A stretch of DNA of 32,000 nucleotides from Idiomarina loihiensis L2TR. Its GTDB lineage: Bacteria; Pseudomonadota; Gammaproteobacteria; Enterobacterales; Alteromonadaceae. The position numbers were made by a program, and so were the translations under genes. Positions 24,073 to 32,000 of this stretch are shown here, piece by piece. The notes beneath the pieces were generated by a model. It did not search any database and was not told where the DNA came from. It saw only the letters and a program-made list of their open reading frames with translations. The stretch's first letter is position 1. Every line of letters starts with the position of its first letter. The stretch is from NCBI RefSeq assembly GCF_000008465.1, contig NC_006512.1:2580001-2612000 (forward strand), given 5' to 3'.

Positions 24073-25002
24073 ATGTGTACCGGTACTGTGGCAAATCAGA
24101 AAAACTACCAACAGAATTATGCTTTTTGGGTACGACTGGCTAGTACAGCGTCGGTTATCGTTGCCATAATCCTAATTACCATTAAGCTTTTTGCCTGGTT
24201 CCAGACAGAATCCGCCAGTATGCTGGCATCTCTCACCGATTCAATTTTAGACAGCGGCGCTTCCATATTCAGCTTTTTTGCGATTCGCTACGCTTTGCAA
24301 CCAGCAGATGAAGAGCATCGATTCGGTCACGGTAAAGCCGAATCCCTGGCGGCGTTAGCGCAAAGCGCCTTTATTTCCGGTTCCAGCATGCTGCTTATTT
24401 TTCACAGCGTTCAACAGTTTATGCAGGGCGGCAGTGTGCCTAAAGTGGGTTACGGTATCGCGGTTTCTGCCATTGCTATTGTCATTACCTTTGTTTTAAT
24501 TGTTATACAGCGTATGGCTATTCGTCATACCAACTCTCAGGCCGTGCAGGCCGATAATCTTCACTATCAGTCGGACATACTGCTGAACTTAGCCGTTATT
24601 GTGGCGTTAATTTTAAGTAGCTATGGCTGGCTCTGGGCTGACAGTATTTTTGCCATGGGCATTGCCGTTTACCTCATTATTGGCGCAGTTCGTATTGGCT
24701 GGGATGCATTTCAGGCACTGATGGATCGTGAGTTGTCAGAAGAGCTGCAAGAGCAGATTGCTAATATCACAATGGCGGTAAACGGCGTTAAAGGCTTTCA
24801 CGGTCTACGCACACGGGAGGCAGGCCCGGTGCGCTTTATTCAGTTACACATTGAGCTGGCCAACGAATTGTCTTTATTACGGGCTCACGCCATTGCCGAT
24901 GATGTTGAAGCACAGCTGATGAAAGCTTTCCCGGGCGCCGATATTATTGTCCACATGGATCCTGAAATTGTCGCCGTGGTAGAAGGTTCACTTAAGCGTT
25001 AG
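24073..25002 (+). CDS. fieF: Cation diffusion facilitator family Fe/Zn efflux transporter FieF (YiiP)
   Basis: 309 aa. [33 protein letters not shown] is nearly identical to the E. coli FieF segment [33 protein letters not shown]. The exact start is uncertain. Confidence 0.88.
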   Translation: [309 protein letters not shown]

Positions 25003-25996
25003 CAAGTTTCCGGGTTTCTTCAATAAGAGCGTCCAGCACAGGTTGACGAAACTTGTCAGTTTCCATCATAAGCTCGTGCGATGCACCTTTAATGGTCTCA
25101 AACCTAAAGTGGTCCCGGGTAACCGCAGCAGCTACTTTCTTTTGTCCTGACGCGGAAACCACTTTATCATTCCCTGCCTGAAACAGAATGACCGAAATGG
25201 TAATGTCATTTGCCAGTTTCTGCGCGTTGATAGCGGCACTGATGGCCTCATACAGCCAATTAAATGTGGGCCCGCCTAGCTGAACATCCGAAACATTATC
25301 ATAAGCATCCCGAAACGCCTTATATCGCTGTCGGCTATGTGTCAGAACGTTCTCTTCAAAAGGCACCGGCTTATAATTTCCCATACCGAGAAAATACCAC
25401 GGTTTTGCCAGCCAGCGGTTTAACCAGGCTCCCGCAAAAACTATCCAACGCGCGAACCAATAAGGCACTATTCCTGTTTCTATAGAAAACATAGGAGCAG
25501 AGAGTATGAGTTTTTTATAAGGATGCTGGTAAGTGGCACAGTAAATGGTCGCTATTGTTCCGCCCATCGAGTGAGAAAACAGTGTTTTGGGTACATCGCC
25601 AAATCGTGCCACTAACAGGTTGGTAAAGTCCGAAAAGTCACGTACAAAGTCATTAAAGTTTTCGACATGTCCCTGATGAGGGTTCGCCGTCAGGCGCCCC
25701 GACAATCCCTGCCCACGGTGATCCAGTGCCGCAACAGAAAAGCCCTGCTGTGCCAGCTCCCAAAACAGTTCCTGATACTTCAGTGCCGACTCTATTCGCC
25801 CCGGAGCAATAACCACTAAGGGTGCGGAGTCACTATGTCGGTAATAGGCAAAATGTAATTTGAGACCATCAAACGCAGCAAAATACTCAGAGGTAACTTG
25901 TTGTTCCCAAAAGACTTCGACTTGAGCCTTAAAAAACTCCAGCCATTCGGGCGTGTCGTCTGCAGGGCGTTGTTGTGTAGTAGGCGGTTGCTTCAT
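24992..25996 (-). CDS. pldB: Lysophospholipase L2
   Basis: 334 aa, collinear with E. coli PldB: PGRIES..KY.EL, DHRGQGLSGRL, the HSMGG nucleophile elbow, NVLTHSRQRY and GGPTFNW. The ATG overlaps the upstream kinase stop (ATGA at 25993-25996). Confidence 0.8.
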   Translation of the reverse strand: MKQPPTTQQRPADDTPEWLEFFKAQVEVFWEQQVTSEYFAAFDGLKLHFAYYRHSDSAPLVVIAPGRIESALKYQELFWELAQQGFSVAALDHRGQGLSGRLTANPHQGHVENFNDFVRDFSDFTNLLVARFGDVPKTLFSHSMGGTIATIYCATYQHPYKKLILSAPMFSIETGIVPYWFARWIVFAGAWLNRWLAKPWYFLGMGNYKPVPFEENVLTHSRQRYKAFRDAYDNVSDVQLGGPTFNWLYEAISAAINAQKLANDITISVILFQAGNDKVVSASGQKKVAAAVTRDHFRFETIKGASHELMMETDKFRQPVLDALIEETRKLANA

Positions 25997-27354
25997 TCTT
26001 TCTGTTCGGGCTGACTTTTGGGTAAGTCTAACACGACTTCAAGTCCCCCTTCAGAGTGATTATGAGCTTTTAATTCACCACCCAGAACAGCCGCCGCGCG
26101 ATGACTCAAGGCTAAACCAAGACCAACGCCGGCTTTATGGTGTCGCGCCGGATCGCCGCGATAAAAAGGCACAAACAGTTTACTTATGGTGCTCTCATCA
26201 ACCCCCGGGCCGTGATCCCGAATGCGAATATGACAGCCTTTGCCGTAATCGTCACAGGAAAGCTCTACGTTATCTTCGGTGTAGTGCAGTGCATTACGGA
26301 CAATATTTTCCAGAACCAGCCGCAGCAATTCAGGGTCAGTATCAATAACCGGCCAGTTGCTACCATGCCGCAGCAAGCGCTCGCGTACTTCTGGATGCTG
26401 ATAACACATATCATTAATAAGCTGCTGCACCAGTTCACCGCTATCCAGGCTTTCATGGTTCAGATCAACCAGCCCATTCTCCAGTCTCGACAGCGAAAGA
26501 ATTCGCTCAATAATCACACTGAGACGTTCCGTATCGCGGCGCAATTGTTGCCAATTAGGGTCGTCCTCATTGCAATCGGCTAAATCCAGAGCCACCTGCA
26601 TACGCGCCATAGGTGAACGTAATTCGTGCGATACATCGCTGAGTAATCGCCGTTGCGCGTCACGCGAAGTTGCTAAGTCGACCGCCCCTTGCGATAAAGC
26701 CCGTGCCAGTTCACCAATTTCATCACCACGTTTAGGTAAACGTTTAAGTTCAGGCGTTGCACTACCATCAGCCACTTCGCGCATTGCCAGAATCATTCGT
26801 CGTATAGGTCGAATAAGCCAAATACCCAGTAATACTGCGAGTAAACCGCTACCAACCATTAAGGTCAGTATGCGCGCGCGGGTCGATTCTGCTTCCAACC
26901 GCTCACGGTCAACCTGCTCTTCAATGCCTAAGGGCTTAGTCACCAGAATTTTATTGCCGTCGAGCTCGAACGGACCCATTAACAAACGCTCGTCCAGAGG
27001 AATCTGCTGCGGAGACTCTTGACCCAGCATACGCAATAGCGTGGAACCGTGACTTACGCGCAGCATCTCGTCCATTAATAGCTTTTCGCTGCCCTGCACC
27101 GACAACTGTGCGGCAACGCGGTAGTCGCCAGCAATAAGCCGGCCGGGTTGTAGAGAGTGAAAGGTTAACGCATCGCTCAATAAAGGCTGTAACGTCTGAT
27201 AAATCTCCGGCTCCAGTGGTTTAAGTTCAGCTTTAGGTTTGTTCCAAACCGCCAACAAATAACCACTGGCCGCTGTGACCGAAAGCAGCGCCCAAAAAAT
27301 GAAAAGTAATCTCAGAGCAAGCGATCGGTACCACCGCGTACGCCGGTTCTTCAT
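25993..27354 (-). CDS. cpxA: Envelope-stress sensor histidine kinase, CpxA-like
   Basis: 453 aa with TM1, a periplasmic domain, TM2 and a HAMP domain. Kinase motifs are the H-box SHELRSPMARMQ, the N-box LENIVRNALHYT and the G-boxes DHGPGV / GVGLGLAL. The N-terminus (..LRLLFIFWALLS..) resembles E. coli CpxA. It overlaps the RR gene by 4 nt. Confidence 0.65.
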   Translation of the reverse strand: MKNRRTRWYRSLALRLLFIFWALLSVTAASGYLLAVWNKPKAELKPLEPEIYQTLQPLLSDALTFHSLQPGRLIAGDYRVAAQLSVQGSEKLLMDEMLRVSHGSTLLRMLGQESPQQIPLDERLLMGPFELDGNKILVTKPLGIEEQVDRERLEAESTRARILTLMVGSGLLAVLLGIWLIRPIRRMILAMREVADGSATPELKRLPKRGDEIGELARALSQGAVDLATSRDAQRRLLSDVSHELRSPMARMQVALDLADCNEDDPNWQQLRRDTERLSVIIERILSLSRLENGLVDLNHESLDSGELVQQLINDMCYQHPEVRERLLRHGSNWPVIDTDPELLRLVLENIVRNALHYTEDNVELSCDDYGKGCHIRIRDHGPGVDESTISKLFVPFYRGDPARHHKAGVGLGLALSHRAAAVLGGELKAHNHSEGGLEVVLDLPKSQPEQKE

Positions 27355-28031
27355 AAGCTTGCAATCAGTCGGTAGCCGCGACCTCGTATAGTTTGAATAC
27401 GATCAGGTTTTGCCGGGAATTTCTTCCGGATGTTACTGATATGCACGTCAAGACTGCGGTCAAAAGGCTCCATTTTTCGTCCCAGTGCCGCAACAGAAAG
27501 CTGATCTTTACTGACCATTTGACCGGCTTGCTGCATCAGACAACGCAAAATATCAAACTCAGTTGGTGTCAGAATCAGTTCAGCATCATCGCATTTTACT
27601 TCCGTAGTAGCCGGATCCAGCACTATGCCACAAACGTTCAGGCTTTCATTCTGCATGGTTGTGTTTGGCGTGCGACGCAGCAAAGCTCTTACACGGGCAA
27701 TCAGCTCACGTGGATTAAAAGGCTTTGGCAGATAATCATCTGCGCCAAGCTCCAGCCCCATGACTCTGTCATCATCGTCACCACGAGCCGTCAGCATCAG
27801 CACCGCGGTATCACGATGTTGCTGGCGTAACCGCTGCAAAAGCTGCATACCATCAATGCCGGGTAGCATAACGTCCAGCAAAATAAGTTCGTAGTCACCG
27901 TTAAGTGCTTTATCAAGACCAGTGACACCATCTTCGGCGACACTTAAATCCACAGATTCACGTTTAAACAATTCTGTCAGCATGACAGACATTTCAGTAT
28001 CATCGTCAATGAGTAGTACGGAATGTCTCAT
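27351..28031 (-). CDS. cpxR: OmpR-family response regulator, CpxR-like
   Basis: 226 aa. [30 protein letters not shown] and [16 protein letters not shown] match E. coli CpxR closely ([46 protein letters not shown]). Proximity to fieF mirrors E. coli cpx-fieF synteny. Confidence 0.7.
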   Translation of the reverse strand: [226 protein letters not shown]

Positions 28032-28094
28032 AACTTGTTGTTCTCTCCAGAAATAAATCCATGATCCAAAATGCCGGGGATGGATACGACCCTC

Positions 28095-28110
28095 TTTACA
28101 TAACTTTTAC
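28095..28110 (-). promoter_or_regulatory. Possible CpxR box (GTAAA-N6-GTAAA direct repeat) upstream of the cpxR-like gene
   Basis: The minus strand reads GTAAAAGTTATGTAAA, 64-79 nt upstream of the cpxR-like ATG. The E. coli consensus is GTAAA-N5-GTAAA, so the spacing is one nt longer here. Short AT-rich pentamers could also recur by chance. Confidence 0.25.
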
Positions 28111-29513
28111 TTTAGCAGAGTTTTCAACTTTCGGGTTAAGGTATTCCTTCCCCAGCCCAGCCATGCGGCTGCTTTTTGTTTATGTCCGGAAAAACGTTTT
28201 AAAGCAGTCTGTAACGCAACCTGCTCCAGCTGCTGCTGATAACTTTGCAGAACATCCTGCGAGTTTAACGGCTGCTGTTCCAGCTCAGTTTGCAAAAAGT
28301 GTAACCAGGTAAGCTCACCGCCTGGCTCTGTCGAACCTGGCTCTGAAGTCACCAGAATGTCTTCAGGCAAGTCCCGGGGACTTATTTGCTGCCCGGGCGC
28401 CATAACGGTTAGCCAGCGACAGGTATTTTCCAGTTGTCGGACGTTACCTGGCCAATTGTAACTCTTTAATGTGCTAAGCGTTTCATTTAACAATGTTTTT
28501 GGTGTGACATTCAACTCTTCGGCCGACTTTTTAAGAAAGTGTCTTGCCAGAGTATCGATATCTTCCGCCCGCTCACGCAGAGGCGGCAGCCGCAAACGGA
28601 TAACGTTAAGACGATGATAAAGGTCATCCCTGAATGTGCCCTGGTTAACCAAGTGTTCTAGTTCCCGGTGGGTGGCGGCAATAACGCGCACATCCACTTT
28701 TACCGGTTGCAACGCTCCCACCGGGTAAAACTGTCCTTCGGCCAGAACTCTCAACAGCCGTGTCTGAACTGGTAAAGGCATATCGCCAATTTCATCCAGA
28801 AACAAAGTACCACCGTCAGCTTGCTGAAAACGCCCGACGCGTTTACGGTCGGCTCCGGTAAAGGCCCCGCGTTCGTGCCCGAACAGCTCCGACTCAATTA
28901 AATCGGCGGGTATTGCTGCCATGTTAAGCGCAATAAAAGGTTTATCCGCCCGTGGGCTGTGTTTATGCAGAGCTCGCGCGACAACTTCTTTGCCAGTACC
29001 GGTTTCTCCGGTAAGCAGCACACTAACGCTTGAGCCCGACAAGCGACCGATAGCACGAAACACATCCTGCATAGGCGTGGCTTCACCAATAAGCTCGGGA
29101 ACTGAATTTGCGTCTATTTGCGCGGGCGCATTTTCACTTTGTCTGGCATGCTGCAGAGCACGGTCAACGGCGGTAATAGCTTCATCAATGTCAAAGGGCT
29201 TTGCCAGATACTCAAATGCGCCGCCCTGAAACGCTTTTACCGTTGTCTCGAGATCGGAATGCGCGGTCATAACCACAACAGGCAAATGCGCCTCGGTCTG
29301 ATGCAGCCGCTCCAGTACAGCCAGGCCGTTTTCTCCCGGCATACGGATATCGGTGAGCACAACGGTTGGTTTATCGCTCTTTAGAGCCATGAAAAAGTCT
29401 TCGCCATTGGCAAAACTGCGCACGTGATAACGGCTATCAGCAAAGGCTTTTTCCAGTACCCAGCGAATAGAGTCGTCATCATCAATTATCCATAACTGAG
29501 CATTAGTGGTCAT
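28107..29513 (-). CDS. glnG: Nitrogen regulation protein NR(I), sigma-54-dependent response regulator NtrC
   Basis: 468 aa with a receiver domain, an AAA+ domain (Walker A GETGTGKE and the sigma-54 contact motif GAFTGA) and a C-terminal HTH. It follows glnL and glnA in the canonical glnALG order. Confidence 0.92.
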   Translation of the reverse strand: MTTNAQLWIIDDDDSIRWVLEKAFADSRYHVRSFANGEDFFMALKSDKPTVVLTDIRMPGENGLAVLERLHQTEAHLPVVVMTAHSDLETTVKAFQGGAFEYLAKPFDIDEAITAVDRALQHARQSENAPAQIDANSVPELIGEATPMQDVFRAIGRLSGSSVSVLLTGETGTGKEVVARALHKHSPRADKPFIALNMAAIPADLIESELFGHERGAFTGADRKRVGRFQQADGGTLFLDEIGDMPLPVQTRLLRVLAEGQFYPVGALQPVKVDVRVIAATHRELEHLVNQGTFRDDLYHRLNVIRLRLPPLRERAEDIDTLARHFLKKSAEELNVTPKTLLNETLSTLKSYNWPGNVRQLENTCRWLTVMAPGQQISPRDLPEDILVTSEPGSTEPGGELTWLHFLQTELEQQPLNSQDVLQSYQQQLEQVALQTALKRFSGHKQKAAAWLGWGRNTLTRKLKTLLK

Positions 29514-30576
29514 CCGTCACCTCATTACCATTTTCTGCTGAAAGATAAGGCAAATACACTGAAAATCGGGTTTTTCCGGGACTGGAATCAAAATCAATTT
29601 TCCCTTTATGCTGATGCACTAAATTTTGTGCCAGCGACAAGCCGAGTCCGGTTCCTTCAGCACGGCCGCTTATCAACGGATAAAACAGGGTTTCGCGCAA
29701 CTCGGCCGGAATACCGGGCCCATTATCGGTCAAAGTAACCACCGCACATTGTCGATAGCGCTGTCCAAACAGAGTCAATTGGTGTTCTACCCGCGTTTTA
29801 ATTGTAATAGTGCCTTCGCCTGACATAGCTTGTGCTGCATTTTGGGCAATATTCAAAAACACCTGTTCACAAGCTTCCGCAACCACCTGAATATCCGGCA
29901 GCGACGGGTCGTAATCCCGAACTAAATTCAGCGAGTCTCCATATTCGTACACCAAAGTTCTGGCAACTCTTTCCAACACTTCATGAATATTGGTTTCCTT
30001 CGACTCGCCCCTTTTTACCGGCCCTAATAACCTGTCGACCAAATACCTTAACCGGTCCGACTGGGTGATGATCAAGTCCGTATACTCTGTCAGGCTCTCG
30101 TCCGGAAGTTGCCGTGCCAGTAACTGCGCAGCGCCGCGTAAACCTCCCAGAGGGTTCTTTATTTCATGCGCCATACCGCGCAATAAGTGCTGGGTAGCGA
30201 ATAGCTGATTACGCTGTTGATCTTCCTGATTTATTCGCCGCAACTGGTCTACTTGTTTTAATTCCAGTAGCAAAGCACGTCCAAAAGGTTGCTCTACTGT
30301 TTGAATACTGGTTTCCACCCGAATATTGTGCCCGGAATGCAGCGCGAACTGAGCTTCCGCATTCAGCACCGTTTGCTCGCTATTCAGGCACTCCATCAGC
30401 GTTTCTGACGCCAGCGAACACTGATAAAAAGCCGCAGTGAAAGGTTCGCCCAACAGGCGTTTTGCACTGTGATCGAGTAAGGATTCAGCAGACGAATTGA
30501 CGTAACGGATGGTCAGGCGATCATCGAGGATGAGTATGCCTGTGAGTAGTTGGTTAAGTAGCGCGCTATCGTTCAC
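29503..30576 (-). CDS. glnL: Nitrogen regulation sensor kinase NR(II), NtrB
   Basis: Collinear with E. coli NtrB, with a PAS-like N-terminus LLNQLLTGILILDD, an H-box AHEIKNPLGGLRGAAQLL, GTGLGLS and a ..FSVYLP tail. The start is uncertain. GTG at 30576 gives 357 aa. The TTG at 30624 in the ORF track lies inside an upstream hairpin loop and upstream of the putative glnL promoter. Confidence 0.9.
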   Translation of the reverse strand: MNDSALLNQLLTGILILDDRLTIRYVNSSAESLLDHSAKRLLGEPFTAAFYQCSLASETLMECLNSEQTVLNAEAQFALHSGHNIRVETSIQTVEQPFGRALLLELKQVDQLRRINQEDQQRNQLFATQHLLRGMAHEIKNPLGGLRGAAQLLARQLPDESLTEYTDLIITQSDRLRYLVDRLLGPVKRGESKETNIHEVLERVARTLVYEYGDSLNLVRDYDPSLPDIQVVAEACEQVFLNIAQNAAQAMSGEGTITIKTRVEHQLTLFGQRYRQCAVVTLTDNGPGIPAELRETLFYPLISGRAEGTGLGLSLAQNLVHQHKGKIDFDSSPGKTRFSVYLPYLSAENGNEVTDDH

Positions 30577-30582
30577 GAAGGC

Positions 30583-30611
30583 AGGATAAATTACGCACCA
30601 AGTTGGTGCAA
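30583..30611 (-). promoter_or_regulatory. Putative glnL sigma-70 promoter overlapped by an NtrC binding site
   Basis: The minus strand reads TTGCAC-N17-TATCCT. Embedded in it is TGCACCAACTTGGTGCG (30594-30610), which matches the NtrC consensus TGCACCA-N3-TGGTGCA at 13/14 of the consensus positions. This is the same arrangement as the NtrC-repressed glnLp of E. coli. Confidence 0.55.
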
Positions 30612-30638
30612 CCGGGTAAGGCAAGACACCTTACCCGG
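30612..30638 (-). terminator. glnA-distal hairpin (attenuating terminator or mRNA stabiliser)
   Basis: Perfect 10-bp stem CCGGGTAAGG / CCTTACCCGG with a 7-nt loop, 10 nt after the glnA stop. It is followed by only TT, so it is not a canonical intrinsic terminator. Confidence 0.45.
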
Positions 30639-30648
30639 CCAGTAACCA

Positions 30649-32000
30649 TTAAACGCTGTAGTACATATCGAATTCTACCGGGTGGGTAGTCTTCTTCAAT
30701 GTCTCTACTTCGTTGTACTTAAGATCGATGTAGGCATCAATCATGTCGTCGTCCATAACGCCGCCTTGCTTAAGGAAGTCGCGGTCTTTATCCAGCGCGT
30801 CCAGAGCCATTTCCAGTGAGTGACAAACGGTCGGAATGTCTTTCGCTTCTTCAGGAGGCAGATTGTATAAATCTTTGTCCATGGCATCGCCAGGGTGGAT
30901 CTTGTTACGGATACCGTCAAGGCCAGCCATTAACAGCGCAGTAAAGGCCAGGTACGGGTTCGCACTTGGGTCAGGGAAGCGCACTTCAATACGGCGACCT
31001 TTCGCGCTGGAAACCAATGGAATACGGATAGAAGCCGAACGGTTACGGGCGGAATAAGCCAGCATCACCGGTGCTTCAAAACCAGGAACCAGACGCTTGT
31101 ACGAGTTAGTAGAGGCGTTCGCAAAAGCGTTAATGGCACGTGCGTGCTTAATAATACCGCCAATATAGAACAGCGCGGTTTCGCTCAAGCCTGCGTACTG
31201 GTCGCCGGCAAATAAGTTTTCGCCGCCTTTGTTCAGTGACATATGCACGTGCATGCCAGAGCCGTTATCGCCAACCAGTGGCTTCGGCATAAAGGTTGCG
31301 GTCATGCCGTAAGAGTGCGCGACGTTATGCACCACATACTTATAAACCTGCAGTTCATCAGCTTTCTTAGTCAGAGTATTGAAGCGTGTAGCCACTTCGT
31401 TCTGACCTGCTGTTGCTACTTCGTGGTGATGGGCTTCAACAACCATACCCATGTCTTCCATTACTAAGCTCATGGTGCCACGAATGTCGTGCGCTGAGTC
31501 TACCGGAGGTACCGGGAAGTAGCCGCCTTTTACTCCAGGACGGTGAGCCAGGTTACCTTCTGAATATTCACGGCCTGAGTTCCACTTCGCTTCTTCCGCG
31601 TCAATCTTGTAGAACGAACCACTCATGTCTGTGTGGAAACGTACGTCGTTGAACAGGAAGAACTCAGGTTCCGGACCGAAGTAAGCGTCGTCTGCAATGC
31701 CTGATGAGCGCAGGAAATCTTCCGCACGCTTTGCAATTGAACGAGGGTCACGGCTATAGCCCTGCATAGTTTCCGGCTCAAGAATGTCACAACGTACATT
31801 CAATGTGACTTCATCAGTAAAGGGATCAATCACCGCAGACTCGTTGTCTGGCATCAGTACCATGTCTGATTCGTTAATGCCTTTCCAGCCGGAAATAGAT
31901 GAACCATCAAACATTTTACCTTCTTCAAAGAAGTCTTCATCGATTTGCGACACCGGAATAGTGACGTGTTGCTCTTTACCTTTAGTATCGGTAAAGCGTA
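30649..32000 (-). CDS. glnA: Glutamine synthetase type I (5' end outside the window)
   Basis: Near-collinear with E. coli GlnA, including the adenylylation-site region NLYDLPPEE (here NLYNLPPEE) and the C-terminal [11 protein letters not shown]. The frame stays open to base 32000 (..[34 protein letters not shown]..), so the 'M' at 31953 in the track is an internal GTG Val codon. Confidence 0.97.
   Translation of the reverse strand, partial: RFTDTKGKEQHVTIPVSQIDEDFFEEGKMFDGSSISGWKGINESDMVLMPDNESAVIDPFTDEVTLNVRCDILEPETMQGYSRDPRSIAKRAEDFLRSSGIADDAYFGPEPEFFLFNDVRFHTDMSGSFYKIDAEEAKWNSGREYSEGNLAHRPGVKGGYFPVPPVDSAHDIRGTMSLVMEDMGMVVEAHHHEVATAGQNEVATRFNTLTKKADELQVYKYVVHNVAHSYGMTATFMPKPLVGDNGSGMHVHMSLNKGGENLFAGDQYAGLSETALFYIGGIIKHARAINAFANASTNSYKRLVPGFEAPVMLAYSARNRSASIRIPLVSSAKGRRIEVRFPDPSANPYLAFTALLMAGLDGIRNKIHPGDAMDKDLYNLPPEEAKDIPTVCHSLEMALDALDKDRDFLKQGGVMDDDMIDAYIDLKYNEVETLKKTTHPVEFDMYYSV

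Noticed and set aside
31951-31953. ORF-track start codon for glnA
   Set aside because: This is an internal GTG (Val) codon. The frame stays open to the window edge and the upstream residues match the GlnA N-terminal domain, so the gene is truncated by the window rather than starting here.

Overview
This is a 32-kb chromosomal segment of a gammaproteobacterium. Gene content and local synteny (yicC / rph-pyrE, fieF beside a cpxRA-like pair, glnA-glnL-glnG) look like a marine Alteromonadales/Vibrio-type genome, but the taxon is inference only. No searches were run; every call rests on motifs and remembered orthologue sequences.

The window is densely coding, with about 32 protein genes, mostly housekeeping:
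- Transport: a ybhS/ybhR-like ABC-2 permease pair, an MFS transporter, a LysE/ArgO exporter and FieF.
- Small enzymes and conserved proteins: LOG-family protein, GNAT, YjbQ, PpiC, YicC, SmrA, RNase PH, PyrE, TrmL and PldB.
- Signalling: a PAS-GGDEF cyclase, a DUF4172-Fic protein, an XRE-cupin regulator, CpxRA-like and NtrBC two-component systems, and an ECF sigma factor.
- Other: a DUF885 lipoprotein, an ERI-1-like exonuclease and GlnA, which is truncated by the window end.

I saw no rRNA, tRNA or CRISPR array.

The one mobile element is an apparently intact IS110-family insertion sequence (about 18662-20034, minus strand) with IS1111-subgroup architecture. It has 13-bp subterminal inverted repeats, a short 5' end and a long 3' non-coding end. 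It sits in a palindrome-rich spacer after pyrE. Its 3' non-coding end folds into a stem/internal-loop structure whose loop sequences match the chromosomal flanks, which makes it a candidate bridge (guide) RNA.

Other items worth a second look:
- A secreted cyanophycinase-like (S51) protein whose nucleophile Ser and a catalytic-motif His appear substituted.
- An ECF sigma factor fused to a 4-TM C-terminal domain and translationally coupled to a secreted alpha/beta hydrolase.
- A TTG-initiated DUF2256 gene that the ORF track misses, masked by a spurious antisense ORF.
- Two tandem 27-bp palindromes upstream of fic.
- pldB joined by an ATGA overlap to the cpxRA-like operon.
- A structured GC-rich spacer next to the IS.
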